A stretch of 64,000 nt of DNA, taken from NCBI GenBank assembly GCA_964036045.1, contig OZ038378.1:175460001-175524000 (forward strand). Reading direction: 5' to 3'. Numbering within the stretch: position 1 is the stretch's first letter; the number at the start of each line of letters is the position of its first letter. Made by a program: the position numbers and the translations under genes. Below, piece after piece: positions 1 to 12,600 of the stretch. The notes beneath the pieces are model-generated. The model was not told the DNA's origin. It worked only from the letters and a program-made list of their open reading frames with translations, and did not search any database. This DNA is from Eutreptiella sp. 'Long Island Sound 2002'. Taxonomy: Eukaryota > Protista > Euglenida.

Positions 1-162
1 GGTAATGGGTAGCGCAGTGCTTGTTTTTTGTGAGGGGGCATACGTTGTTTCTCTTGATCCACTGCCTTCCGGTGTCCAAGACCCAGAACCCTCCTGCCCC
101 ACACGCGTGGTTTATCCTCCTGACTGCAAGCCCGCTGCTTTCCTCCTGTTTCATTACATCAG

Positions 163-273
163 ACAATGGTCTGTGCCTATTGGAGTAGTGGTTCACCCAA
201 TGGCCCCAAGTGATTGGGAGATCCCTGTGGTAGATTTCAACCACATGGGGAAGAAGGTGATCCGTTGCACCAA
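163..273 (+). CDS. SEC24: Sec24 exon (first in window)
   Basis: AG at 161-162, GT at 274; encodes [36 protein letters not shown](K). Confidence 0.9.
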
Positions 274-584
274 GTATGTGAGCGAGTGAAGTGGAGGCGG
301 GAGGGAGGGAGGAGGGAGTCGGCGTAGGTGGAGTGCAGTGCAGTGGTGTGCGGTGGAGTGCAGTGCAGTGCAGTGCAGTGCAGTGCAGTGCAGTGGAGTG
401 GAGTGGAAGAGAGTAGAGTGGAGTGGGGTGAGGTGAGTAGTGGAGAGCGTAAGTGTAAGCGTGAGTCAGTGAGCGATCCGGTGGTCCACCTGTCTGTGCA
501 GGGAATCAGCACGTGGGCTGAAGGTATCTGCGTGTGTGCATGCGAAGGTGAGCGAGCTTGTTTGTGTGGGCCTGTGTCTCTGTC

Positions 585-632
<48 letters not shown>

Positions 633-3600
633 CTCTCGCTCTCGGTGTGTGTGTGTGTGTGTGTGTGTGTTTATAAGTAGGTGTGTGATTCAGGTGTCAA
701 CATCTAAGGACCATTTTTCCTGCGCAGTGCAACATCAGAAGATTTTTCGAGGTAGCAGTGGGAGGAAACAGCACTCCATCATCGGTTTTTCGACGGTCAT
801 GCTACCTGAGCAAGCGAAAGGCTTCTTACACCACCTGATTCCCAAGTGCAAAGCACCACTCCACTGCACTGCTAACTCCGGTACTGCATCGCCCATGTCA
901 TATTGCAACAGAATTTGGCTGCTCCGAGCGCCGAATAAACAGTTGGCCCGGGGCGCCCCTCTCCAGTGCCACCAATCTTGCTGGAGGGGGTCGACGACCA
1001 ACCTCAGGGCACCCCTAACCTGGTCTCATTGCGCGATCACCCGGTGATCATCTCGCCGGATAATGCGAATCGAGGAGATCAGCTGGTCCTGTATATTTCA
1101 TGCAGGCGGAGGTTCAAGGGTCTATCAGGGCATACTCCCCAGGCGTGTACCCACCCTTGCCGCACAGTCCGCGGTATGCGTAGTCGTCCCCTTCCCGTGA
1201 ACCTGCTGGGACTACACAGCCCCTTTGGGCAAGGACTGCACAGCCTCTTTGAGTGTGCATGATGCCGAATTGGTACCCTTCGTCAGCACTCAGGCGCCAT
1301 TGCCGAAGGTGATTGCATCAGTTGCGCTGCCCCCCGGCATCAGCACCAGTGCATATGATTGGGTTGGGCCACGGGCTGGACCATGAACGCTGTGGTTTGC
1401 AGGTGCCGCACGTACATCAACCCGTTCTTCACGTTCACTGATGGGGGGCACAGGATGGTTTGCAATGTCTGCAAGACGCCGAATGTCGTGCCGCCGGTAT
1501 CGTGTTTGCTGTGCAAAGGCTGTATTTGCATCGAAAGGCAAGTCCACAGCAGGGCAGCAATTTTCAGCACCGAACCGAAAGAGAGAGAGAGAGGGAGAGG
1601 GAGACGAGAGTATGTGTGTGTCATGCAAAGTAGTGATGCCAGATATGGAGGTTGTGACACATGGGGCCAGGGACAGTAAGAGCGAAAGCCCTGTTGTTGC
1701 GTGGGTGCCGTAGCCCCTTGGAGTGCAACCAACAGCGGGTTGGCCGTGGTTGCAGGATATTGGCAACGGTCAGGCGGGGTATCAATGGCATTAGGCGTGC
1801 AGGGCTGCATTGCGACAGGATTTTGTTGGTGTTGATCATAGGAGCCCCCGGTTTCAGTAAGACCCCCCGCAAAATCTTCTGTTGGAATGCAGAAGGAGAC
1901 GTGCGACTGTCAAGGGTCGATCTGCAGGGCATGCCACGGAAGCGTGTGCCCCATGCTCCGAGCACGGGAATCCCGGTTCGGTCATTCCACGGACCCAACC
2001 CCCGCCCCTCACCCCCCTTCGCCCCCACCCTCCGGGCCCAAGATGGTGGGGCTGAGGCTTTGGGGCCACGTCCTCCCCCGTGTGGGGACCCTAAGACGGC
2101 AGGGGCCAAAGATAGCCCGAAAGGGCTGGGCAGGGCTCCTTTTAACAACTCGGCACCACTGGGGGGGTGGGCAGAACCAAGGACGACGGCGCGGTCGTGG
2201 CGCAGCGTAAATCACCCGGGACACCATGCGGAGCAGGGCACGTGGGGCTCACGCACACGGAAACACAGAGAGACAGGTTGTGGACGGCCTGAGGACAGAG
2301 GTGTGTGGACAGCAAAAACAGTCAAACGACCGCCACAACAACCAGCACAACCCCAGTACACCAACTACTGGGCGCTGCTGACGCGCAAACGGCACACACT
2401 GCCACATCCAGCACAGCCCCAGCACACCAACCACTGGGCTCCACGAACGCGCAGATGACACCAGCAGGAGCACCGGCCGCAGCGGCCGACAGAAAGCAGC
2501 GACCCGACGCAACATGCGAAGGGAAGAACGGGTGACTGTCCAGGGCCCTGTAAAGAAACAACAACCAGACGGAATGTCACACAGGAAGGGGGGCCTTCCC
2601 ACACCACCCACCCACCCACCCACGCAAGACCCCCCTCTTAAAAAGATTGGGCCAAATTTTCTTCCGGGCCTTCGGTCGATCCAAAATTTTCTCTGGCGCC
2701 TTCGGCACCAATTAGTTTGGACCAAAATTCTTCTTCAGCGCCTTTGGCCCCTCTAAAAACTCAGCACCACTGGGGGGAGGGGGGGAGCTGGACCCCCCCC
2801 CCCCCCCGTCCTTCACCACCCCTTAAAAGGATCCCTTGGGTCGGGTTCAGACCCACTGAGCTGGGCTTCCGGTGCGCCCCGAGCCATGCTCGTTCCTGGG
2901 AGATGATGAAGACCCGGAGCCATGCTCGTTCCTGGGAGATGATGAAGACCCGTCGGTACCCAGAGGTCGAGAGAGGTGGGCTGTGGGGAAGATGTACAAA
3001 GTGGCCCCAGTCCACCAGGAGTACCCCGGGAGATAACGGTGACCTGTGTTGCATAGAAGTGTGGCCCACCCACGACGTCGGCATCCTCTGGAGCCCAAAA
3101 GGCACAGACAGCCACGTGGTAAAATAGTCGATTTCCTCCGTGGGAACGCCTCTGCGCCCAGTGGGCAGTGTCTCCTCCTTCGCCTCCTCCTTCGCCTGGT
3201 GCCTCTCTGTCTGTCCGTGTCCCACCGTTTTGGTTCCCACTTCCTGTCCTCTGATGAAAAACCGTTTGTTCTTCTCGACCCCCACCAGAGTCCTACTGCG
3301 AAGCCCCCTCTCACAGTTATGGTCCGTCACTGGCAGGACTCGTCGACCCTCCCCTTAGGCTCTTCCCGTGCCGGGGTTCGAACCTGGCTCTCCTCCCACT
3401 CTGCTTCCTCTCTCTTGTCCGCAGGAGTATTTCTGTGCCCTGGACCAAAACGGCGTCCGGCACGACCACGCCCGGCGTCCCGAACTCAATTCATGCACAA
3501 TTGAACTTGTCGCCCCACCGGAGTACATGAATCGGCCCTGCCAAGACCCGGCCTATTTGTTTGCGCTGGATGTGTCTGCCCATGCAGTGAGAAGTGGCAT

Positions 3601-6600
3601 GCTCAAAGCTGCATGTGCTGCTTTGAGGGAGCATGTGAATGCATTGCCAGGTCTACCACCTCGTGAGCGATGGCCAGTCCTCCCCTCTGTTTGTGGCCAA
3701 TGTTCCCCTCCCTTCATGGTCAATCCGTCCCTCCTTTATGGCAGGGACGGAGATACTGGTGACCCAATTATTTTGGTGGGGGTTACGGGGGTTAGGGGGC
3801 TCTCACGGACCCGAGATGACGAAATGACGATTACGAAACTCCTTTGTCCCTCTGATGCTACAGGATGAAGTTCGGCGCCAAAGCCGTCCAAAATCTGGGT
3901 AATTCTTTTTTTCAAAAATGTCATGAGGCCTATCAAATTGATCAGCCGAATGTGCTGAACACGAGGATGTTTGTGGTGGGGACCAAAATTTGGTCCCCAA
4001 ATTTGGTCACCAAAATGGGCCCAAATTGGCCTGCTGGATTTCGCCGTTGCTCCCCGCCCCCCCCCCCCCCCCCACTACATCCATCCCTGCTTATGGTCAC
4101 TGGTCCCCCTCTTTATGAGCAATCTCCCCGCAATTTATGGTCAAATCCTTCCCTCTCTTCTGGTTCTTCTTCCCTATCTTTGTTGCCAATCTCCCCTCTC
4201 TTTCTGGCCAACCCTCCCCTCTGTTTATGGTCAATCTAGGCTGATGGAAAATTGAAAAGGACGGGGGTAGGGCCCTTGGAGCCCCCCAACATTTGAGGGG
4301 GCGGTTGGATCCCTGAAGAGCGTTTTGTTCTGCGTTGTTGCTCTGCAGCCTTTTGCCTTGCAGGGTTTGAAGGGTAGCATTCAACTCTTGCGGTCCCACA
4401 GTGGGTTTGGGAAAAGGGGCTCCAAGGGCCGCAGGGGTATTTCTTCACTAAATGTGGCACAGAAGGGCTCCAAGGGCTGCAAATTCGTTTCTGTACGATG
4501 TGTGCCACACGAGGGCTCCAAGGGCCAATCTTCTGTTTAGGAGCTAGAGTGGCGTACAGCACAGCACTTATTCACGATTGGGTCACATTGAATGTCACTG
4601 GCTGTGCGTCACATTCTCGCAACCTAATTCCATGGTCATCCAGACAAGGCCCAGAAATGGCAGCATCCAAACCCCTTCAGGAAGTAACAACATCCGCCCA
4701 GGGATCGCATCCAAATATGTCAAAAAGTAATGGATGGAACTGTCAACAAGTGCTTCGTGATATGCACATGGTGCAGCTGACATGTCCCACGTGTCAGTTT
4801 GGCCGAAACACTGAGCAACCATTAAGACGCTGTGCTATTCTACATCTTCATCAAGAGGCCAGCTCTTGGGACCCGTCAGCCCGGGGGGGGGGGGGGGGGC
4901 TATCCAAGCACTTCGGAGGTTACCTGAACTCGGCCCCAACGGGGGGAGCGGCCCTGCCCGGGTAGCCGCGGCCGCCACGCCTCACGGAGGCAGCATAGCC
5001 CACAACACGGAGGCGGCATAGCACACAACGCAACGCAGCAGACCAAAGCCGGCAGAGGCACACAATGAAACGCGCTAGCACACAACAACATGCGAGACAC
5101 AGTACAGCAGAGCAAAGCAGAACAGTGTACCGCAACAACAGCGGTGGACGGCCACACCACCCGCCGCAAGCACCAACACCAGCCCAACACCCAACACCTA
5201 GGGTGGGGGCCAGACCCACCACACGGGCACTTCACCCACACACAGCCACTACCGCCCACAAACAAGGCACGCACGTGGAGCATCGCCAAGGGCCCACGAC
5301 CCCACGCCCCAACGCCAACACGGCGCCCACCACACACGCAACAACCAAGGTCACACCTACACACAACATAGAAGGGATGCTTCCCTGATGCACTCATGGG
5401 AGCCATCACCATCCCGACCACACCGGGAGGAGAAGGCAACCCAAACCTAAGTAAGGGGTCGCCTCTGCGGGGGGTTGGCAGCCGGCTATGCGGTTGTCCA
5501 CTGGGCAGCGACGTAAAACATGTATTGCCCGCGAGTAGCTAAGTTCTGTCACCGGGGCCTAGTGCAGGGGCCTCGGGCACGCTTATGAGACGCAGCGTCC
5601 AAACCATTAGTGGTCACTGCACATGACCAACCAGGGGCTGGACTCACACGAGTCCCTAGCTCCGAGGCGGGAACAGCCCGGAGTGAAGTCCTCAAATGGG
5701 GAGCCCCTCAACAGCCCAGAAAGCAAAAGAGCAACAATGCACCCCATTCACCCCAGAACAACCCTAACAAACACCAGTGACATGTCAGTTTGTAGATTTG
5801 GAGACATGTGCAAAAGTGCCCGGTGCCCCTTGTACCACCCAACTACAAGTGGGACAACCCGACAGCCCCAAGGGGATGCAAGGAGTGACATGCTGCCCCT
5901 CCCCAACGCCGCACACTAGCAGCAATGAGCGTGCCAGCAGAAAAAGAAAGCCTGAAATTGGGAGGAACGCAAGCAGCAAAGCAACTGGGCACAGAGCCGC
6001 CCCACACACGGCAGTGAGATGAGCCCCAACAGGACACACAACAATGCACAAGGGAACCATGAGGTGCGAGCACTGCAGCAACCACCAAATGCGGCGCACG
6101 CCGAGAGAGCCATCGGCAAACACCCCCCCCCCTCCCTCTACAAGGTGCCCACGTACTCCACAAGGGCGGGAACTGCGCCCCGCGCGCCGGGAGGTGCCCG
6201 CCACGGGGGTTGCAACAGGGCCGTGACCAGCCAACTGTGCACTGGACAGTCCATGTCGTACGGAGACGTGAAACCCTCGTACGGGGGGGCAGGCGGGTGG
6301 GACAGGAGGGGGTGCGCGACAGGGGCACCCAGGAGCGCCAACAGACAGGGGGAGGAGCAACACAGACACACAGAACGCGGGAGCCACACCAAGAGGGACA
6401 AGGGCGAGCACAGCAAACAAGGAGGAGGGGCACAGCAAGGCAGGAGAGGCAACCAGAACAGCGGGAACAGGGAACCAGAATGGAGCGGATGGGAGAGCGT
6501 GCGCATGGGAGGCAGCGACAATAAAGTGGATGGCTTGGCCAGCCAGCCCCGTCGCTACCGGGTGCCCGGGCAACCCCTGCTCAACTGGCATCAGGTAAGG

Positions 6601-9600
6601 TGCGGGGTGTCTCCCGCAGCCCAGATGGGCTGTTTGCGCAACAGGAGCGGGAGCCCATCAGGGGCAGACCAGCCGTGAGGGGGAAAAGGACATATGGTGG
6701 ACAGCCCGGACAGCGCGTGGAGGAACAGGGCACCTGGGCCTCACGCACACAGAAACACAGCGAGGCAGGCTACGGACGGCCTGTGGACAGAGGCGCGTGG
6801 ACAGCAAGAACAGTCAAACGACCGTGCCAACAACCAGCACATCCTCAATACGCCAATTATTGGGCGCCGCTGGCGTGCAAACGGCACACCATGCCACATT
6901 CAGCACAGCCCCAACACACCAACTACTGGGCTCCACGAACGCGGAAACGACACCAGCAAGAGCACCGGCCGCAACGGCCGACAGAAAGCAGCAACCCGAC
7001 GCAACATGCGAAGGGAAGAACGGGTGACTGTCCAGGGCCCCGTAAAGGAGCAACAACCAGACGGAATGTCACACAGGGGGGGGGGGGGGGGGGGCTGCTA
7101 AGGGGGGGATGTGGAAAAGGGGCTCTATGGGCCGCCCTGGGAGACCTCCGTCTGAGGGGAGAGGGATCTGGTAAAGGAGCTCCAAGCCCCCCCCCCCCCC
7201 CGCCCCAGGAATCCTCCCCTCTCTTTATGGGCAATCCTCCCCTCTCTTGATGGTCAATCCTGCCCTCTATAGCCAATCCTCCCCCCCTTGTTATGGCCAA
7301 TCTTTCCTTCTTCTTATAGTCAACCCCCCCCCCCTTTCTTTGTGGTCAATCTTCCCCTCTTTATGACTCATCTTCCCTCTCTCCACAGTCAACCTCCTCC
7401 CCTCTTTGTGATCAAACCCCCCCCTCTCTTTATGCACTCAGGGTACCACCCAGTAAATACTGTCTGTTTGTTGGACACAAGCCCAAGTGAACGAACGTCG
7501 TGAGGACATGGTCTGAGTGTGGTGCTGGTGTCCTCCTGTCATCCTCCACAAACTGCGGCACAAAATCACCCCGAAGAGAGGTTGTTAGATCAAGCGCAGG
7601 CATTCGCGTAGCTTGCCCCAGTGGGTGATAATGGATGTCCAACCCCTTGTAAAATGATCATTTTGGGAGACAAAATGACCCCCCGATGAATTTTTCGTTT
7701 CGACCCGTCCACCCGCCCGTACCCAGGTACCACTTTTTTGGGAGGGTTTGGGGGGCTGGTCACAATTTTTTTGCCTATTGTGGATGCTGTGCGTCGATTT
7801 GGACCCAGGTCCTGACAATTTTTTTCTGGTACATGGGAACCCTAACCAATGGCCGGGGTTTCGGGTCCGAACTGTGGGTTGCCCCCCCCCCCCCCCCCAT
7901 GGGCCAACTGTTAGTTGTCCCTCTTTGAGGTGCTTTGCCCGAGGTAATAGAATTTGCAGAAGTGTGGTGCATTTTGCCCGTGATCTTGGACACATTGCAC
8001 AGAGGCATGGCTGCCGCCGAAGAAAAAAAATCTTTTCCTCATCAGATGGATGGCGTCTACGGAGGGGAGGACGAACTATGAAAAGAGCGAAGAAGGACCA
8101 AAAAAAGGGGGAGGTTTGGCCACAAAGAGAAGGGGGGGGGTTAACGAATTTTTTTTCAGTGCCCAAAGTGTTGCCTTTGCAAAGTGTGGTGTCCAGGGCT
8201 TGCCTCGTGAGCTGCCCTGTGCGACTCAGGTGGAGACCGCACTCTTTTTGGGCTCCTGACATATGATAGCACTGTGCATTTCTACAACCTGAGCCCGAAG
8301 TTGTCTACGGCCAAAATGATGGTCTGCCCTGAGATCACGTTCGAATTGAACGCAGCAGAAGTGGAGAATGTGGAGTTGCCATTCAACGAGGGGCTGCTGG
8401 TGCCGCTTAGGGTTTGTCCCTGCATCCCCCTGTGCAGACACGTGCTGCACGTCACGGACCAGGACGAAGTACCAGACAGTTGCAGGGCAGCGCCACCCTC
8501 ACGGCATTTGGGGCTGGCTTCGGATGAGTCACGTGACCTCGTTCCACTGAAAGTCTAATACCGTTTGGTGCTCATGGGTCGAAGGTGACCCAACGAGGGG
8601 ACTGACCATATTTCGACTGGCTGCGGTAGTCTGCAGCAGCTGAAAGCTTGAAGGAGCTGTGCAATGTCAGGTGCCGAAGCGGTTACTGCTGAGCAGTGGA
8701 GCGGCTGGTGTTAAGCGGTTGCAAATGCAGTTGGCAGTGGCTGGGGTGGACAACTGGCGTTTTGTAGAGGGTGGCTTTGGTGGAAGGTTGTCAGTGGTTC
8801 TATTGCGATGTTCCCGAGCTGACTGTGCATCCCCACGCTCACCCTCAAGCGCAAATCTGGATCTATGCCTGCAGCTGTTATCCCGCTCTTGGTAAAGACC
8901 CATTTCTTACTGCTGGCTGAGTCCAGTCCCCACGCTACCAGTAACCCCTGGTGTTTTTGAGCCCACTGCCTTATGTCTATCCGGGGTGGGAAGGGAGGAT
9001 CTGTGGCCCAGCGCTTGCCGGCCACCCGGTCTGGGCCACGGGAAAAACGCCAACTCAGACTGTACCCCGCTTCAGCTTAGGGTATCCGGGTGCTGTTGCG
9101 GTAACAAGATGCCGTCCCGGGGCCTTGAGACGAAGAGAATCCCCCACTCACCCATCCATAGGCGCTTCCTTTGAGGAGCCACGATCACCATGGCCATCGG
9201 CTTGATGGAAGCCTGTTTGCCACGGGACGGGTACTTGCACGGCGCCTGCGTTACTCTCTACTGAGCGACTATGAGGAAACCCACAGCCCAGATGGCACGA
9301 GAAGGCGCAAAACATCAGTAACTTGCACCCATATCCGTACCCTGGCAGGGATAATATGAAGCAGCCATGTACGCTTGTGCGAGGGGGTGTACAGCTCCCC
9401 AAAAGTGGGGCTTTTGCTGCAAAGGCCGAGTAAGTGGGTGGGGTCCTGGTCCTGGGGCTCAATGGGCCAGACCATAACTTGTCTAATGGCTTTTGTGAAC
9501 CTCCTGGCCCCTTGGGAACATATGCTTTCCAAGACCTCCGTCTCCCACTACTGCCATGGCACCATTGGGCACTGTACTATTTCCGTGCTGCACGTATTAG

Positions 9601-12600
9601 TCCCCAGTCCTTGTTATGGTGCTTGTCATTTCTTACACATTGATTTGTGGGCTTACACTTGCCCCCAAAATTCCAAGTTCGAAGGTTTCCAGAACAGCAG
9701 TGACCGCGGTTGTGGGCGGTTGTTGACGGTTGTTGACAACTGACGGCGGTTGTGGGCGAAGCGATCGGCAACAGCGGTGCGTTGCCCAGAGGCATCTTTA
9801 CTTGTGGTAAAGTCGCAGCTCACTTTATTGTTGTGCAGCAATCCAAGGATTTGATTGAAGATCTGCTGGACCGAATTCCGCGGCTGTGGGAGAACAATAA
9901 GAGTTTGGAGACCTGCTTTGGCCCTGCGCTGTGCGCAGGTGCCAAGATTTTGGGCCCCATCGGTGGAAAGCTTGTCATGGTGCTCAGTGAAATGCCCTCA
10001 TTCGGGGTGGGCCGTTTGCACAACAGGTGTGCGGATGCATGTGCATACAGCCCCGGCTGTTTCCTGAACGCCTCGGTATGCTCATGGGGCGCTACCGCGT
10101 ATCCCAGGAAGCTACAGAAGGGTACAATCGCAGATGGAGGAAGGTAGAGTCGTTGGTGAAGTAAGGTAGCAGAGTGGAGCAAGGCACAGTAGTAGGTAGG
10201 GTGGCAGATCAAGCAGCGGGTACAGGGAGGGAGTATGAGAGGTAGGATTTCGTGTCTTTCTCTGTGTCTTTCTCTTTATTCGTTCAAATCTTCGATTTAC
10301 TTCTACCCGCTGCTGTACCTAACTACTACGCTGCCTATACCTGAGAGAATGAATGGGACGGGCGACGGCTGTCAAGGCCCCGTACGCAACGGTGTCAGAC
10401 AAGTTGTTCACGCAGGATCGCTGAAGCCCGTCTGTCACATTGCTCCTGCTGCAGAGATGACAAAAAGCTGTATGGGACTGACAAAGAGAAGACGCTGCTG
10501 CAGCCCCAGGACGAGTGGTACCGGAAGAAAGCGACGGCGTGCTCCGAAGATCAGGTCTGTGCTGTCCCGAGGCTGTGGATTTCCCCCGAGCAGCGCGGTC
10601 CGCGGCCGTGTTGCATTCCATTTTGCATAAAGGACCGCCCCCAGGGGCCGCTGTAGGCGCCGTTAAGGGCAGCGATGGTGCGACCGTGTGAAGAGTGGCA
10701 ACTGCGCCCACCGCCACCGAACTCATGAAGTCACCGAATCAAGAATTCGAAGGCTGAAAAACGGAGGGCCAATTGGGGAAATTTCATCGTGGAAAAGCCC
10801 CAACGCAGACGGACAGGGTTGGCAGGGAGAACCAAGGGCTAAGCACCGGCATCCATCGCTACCAAGCTCGATCATGAGTCAGATGTCCGTCAAGGACGCC
10901 GTACCAATGCCCCAAAGCAAAGTGTCATGCAGGAGCGTCAAAGAGCGCGGTGGTGCCCTGCCATATGACACCACACGAGGTGGGATTGGTGGGTCGGCTG
11001 GTGTTGCCAAAAGATTGGCCTCGTCCAACAAAAAGTCTCAACCACCGAACGAAGAGAAGCAGCCAGACACCCCCCAGGGCACTCCCAACATGTATCATCT
11101 CGTTGCATCACGTCATGCGTGCACAACCCCCCCCACGAGGCGGCGCATCATGGTCGCTTCTCCGCACCCATGTGTTCATCACCAGTGCACCGGACAGTGT
11201 GGCCGTGAATGTGGTGGTGGTCGAAGCGCCCGGCGCAACTGAGACCAGGGACCAAGACAGCCGCCTGTGAACGGCAAACCGGGCCAAGTGTTTGTGGAGG
11301 CCCATCCCCCTTCTTCCCGCTCTACTCAAACATGCGCGCAATCCACGCTGTGTGAACCACAGGCCCTACTGTACCATCTGCCGCAGGGCGTTCGTTCAGG
11401 GACCGCTTGAGTTTGTTTTGCTGTTATGGAAAGTGCGCGGTGGTAGATCGCCAGCCGCCGACCAACAGCTGGCGGTTCAATCCCAATTGCCGACGTGTAA
11501 CTGCGACCCCTGATCCGTTACCTCCAACCGCCGACAGTTGGTGGTCAAGCGGTGACAAGGTGACGGCCGTCGGCAGTTGTCCTGGGGTATTCTACAATAA
11601 ATGGCAGTTGTACGCCCGCTGCTTTGCACTGTAAAGTTTCTTCCGGGCCCTTTGGGCCCACAAGGAAATGCTACCGATTTTGGACTGCCTAGCCATGCAA
11701 CACGATGTAACCCCCTCCCCTTTTTGTATTGAAAACCCAGATCTGTTGTTGCCCGCACACGATACATGGCCCTCTTTTTTTTAGGAGGGCGTTGCAGTTC
11801 TGTGCTTGAAAAGGGGGGGCTCCGAATCCTCCTGTCGTTATGGCTCCTGTAGCCGACGGGGGGCTCGTCGTCTCGGTGTCTGTATGGTACACGTGGCCTT
11901 TCCTGCAGGTGTGCATTGACGTGTTCCTTGGAGGACAGCAGTACATGGACACCGCGACTATTTCGCAGCTGCCGAAGGTGACTGGAGGGCAAATGCACTT
12001 CTACCGAGGATTCTCTGTAGGTCTCTGGCCGTGCGTTGTGTGTCTTTGCGGTTTGCGGTTCTCACAGAGGGAGCCAGCACTTCGGCAGAGGCCTATTTTA
12101 GGGCGGGTGACATTTTCGTCCTCTAAGGTAGAGCCCCCCCCCCCCCCTTTTGTGGGTGCTAAGGGTCAGTAAGTGCCCTGCTGCAGTCCCACGTTTGCGT
12201 CAACGATGCGTACTTGATGCCGTTTGAGATGATTGAGAACGATTTTTGCGCGCTGCGGGCGCCGCGGGGTTAGAGAACTTGGTTTATTGGTTCACAACAA
12301 CAAGTTCAACCAGAGTCAAATGAGCAACAAATACCGTCTTGCCCCATCCGGCGCTCGGTAGTGTTCACATCAACAAGTTCAATACGAGTCACATGGGCTT
12401 CAGGTTTTAGCTCAACAACGCACAAACTATGTTCCACACCCAACCAGGTTTCCCAAACTGCGCGCCGCAGGAAAGGCGTTCTCTTTTTGCTTGTTGGTGC
12501 CCCCATGCCTTGAGTGAAGGCAGACTGTTCCGTGAGTATCCCTCGCCTCTTTCCTTGCATTCTGCCCTTACTGAATGATGACAGCAATGCGTTGTTCGGG

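Noticed and set aside
328-1047. 239-aa ORF and similar long ORFs over microsatellites or GC-rich repeats (e.g. 18087-18937, 48249-48863)
   Set aside because: The frames stay open because of low-complexity repeats and show no domain signal.
700-1340. Minus-strand protein-like relics (also 9150-9700, 12300-12830, 61600-62000)
   Set aside because: Probably decayed mobile-element coding sequence, but I could not assign a motif with confidence.
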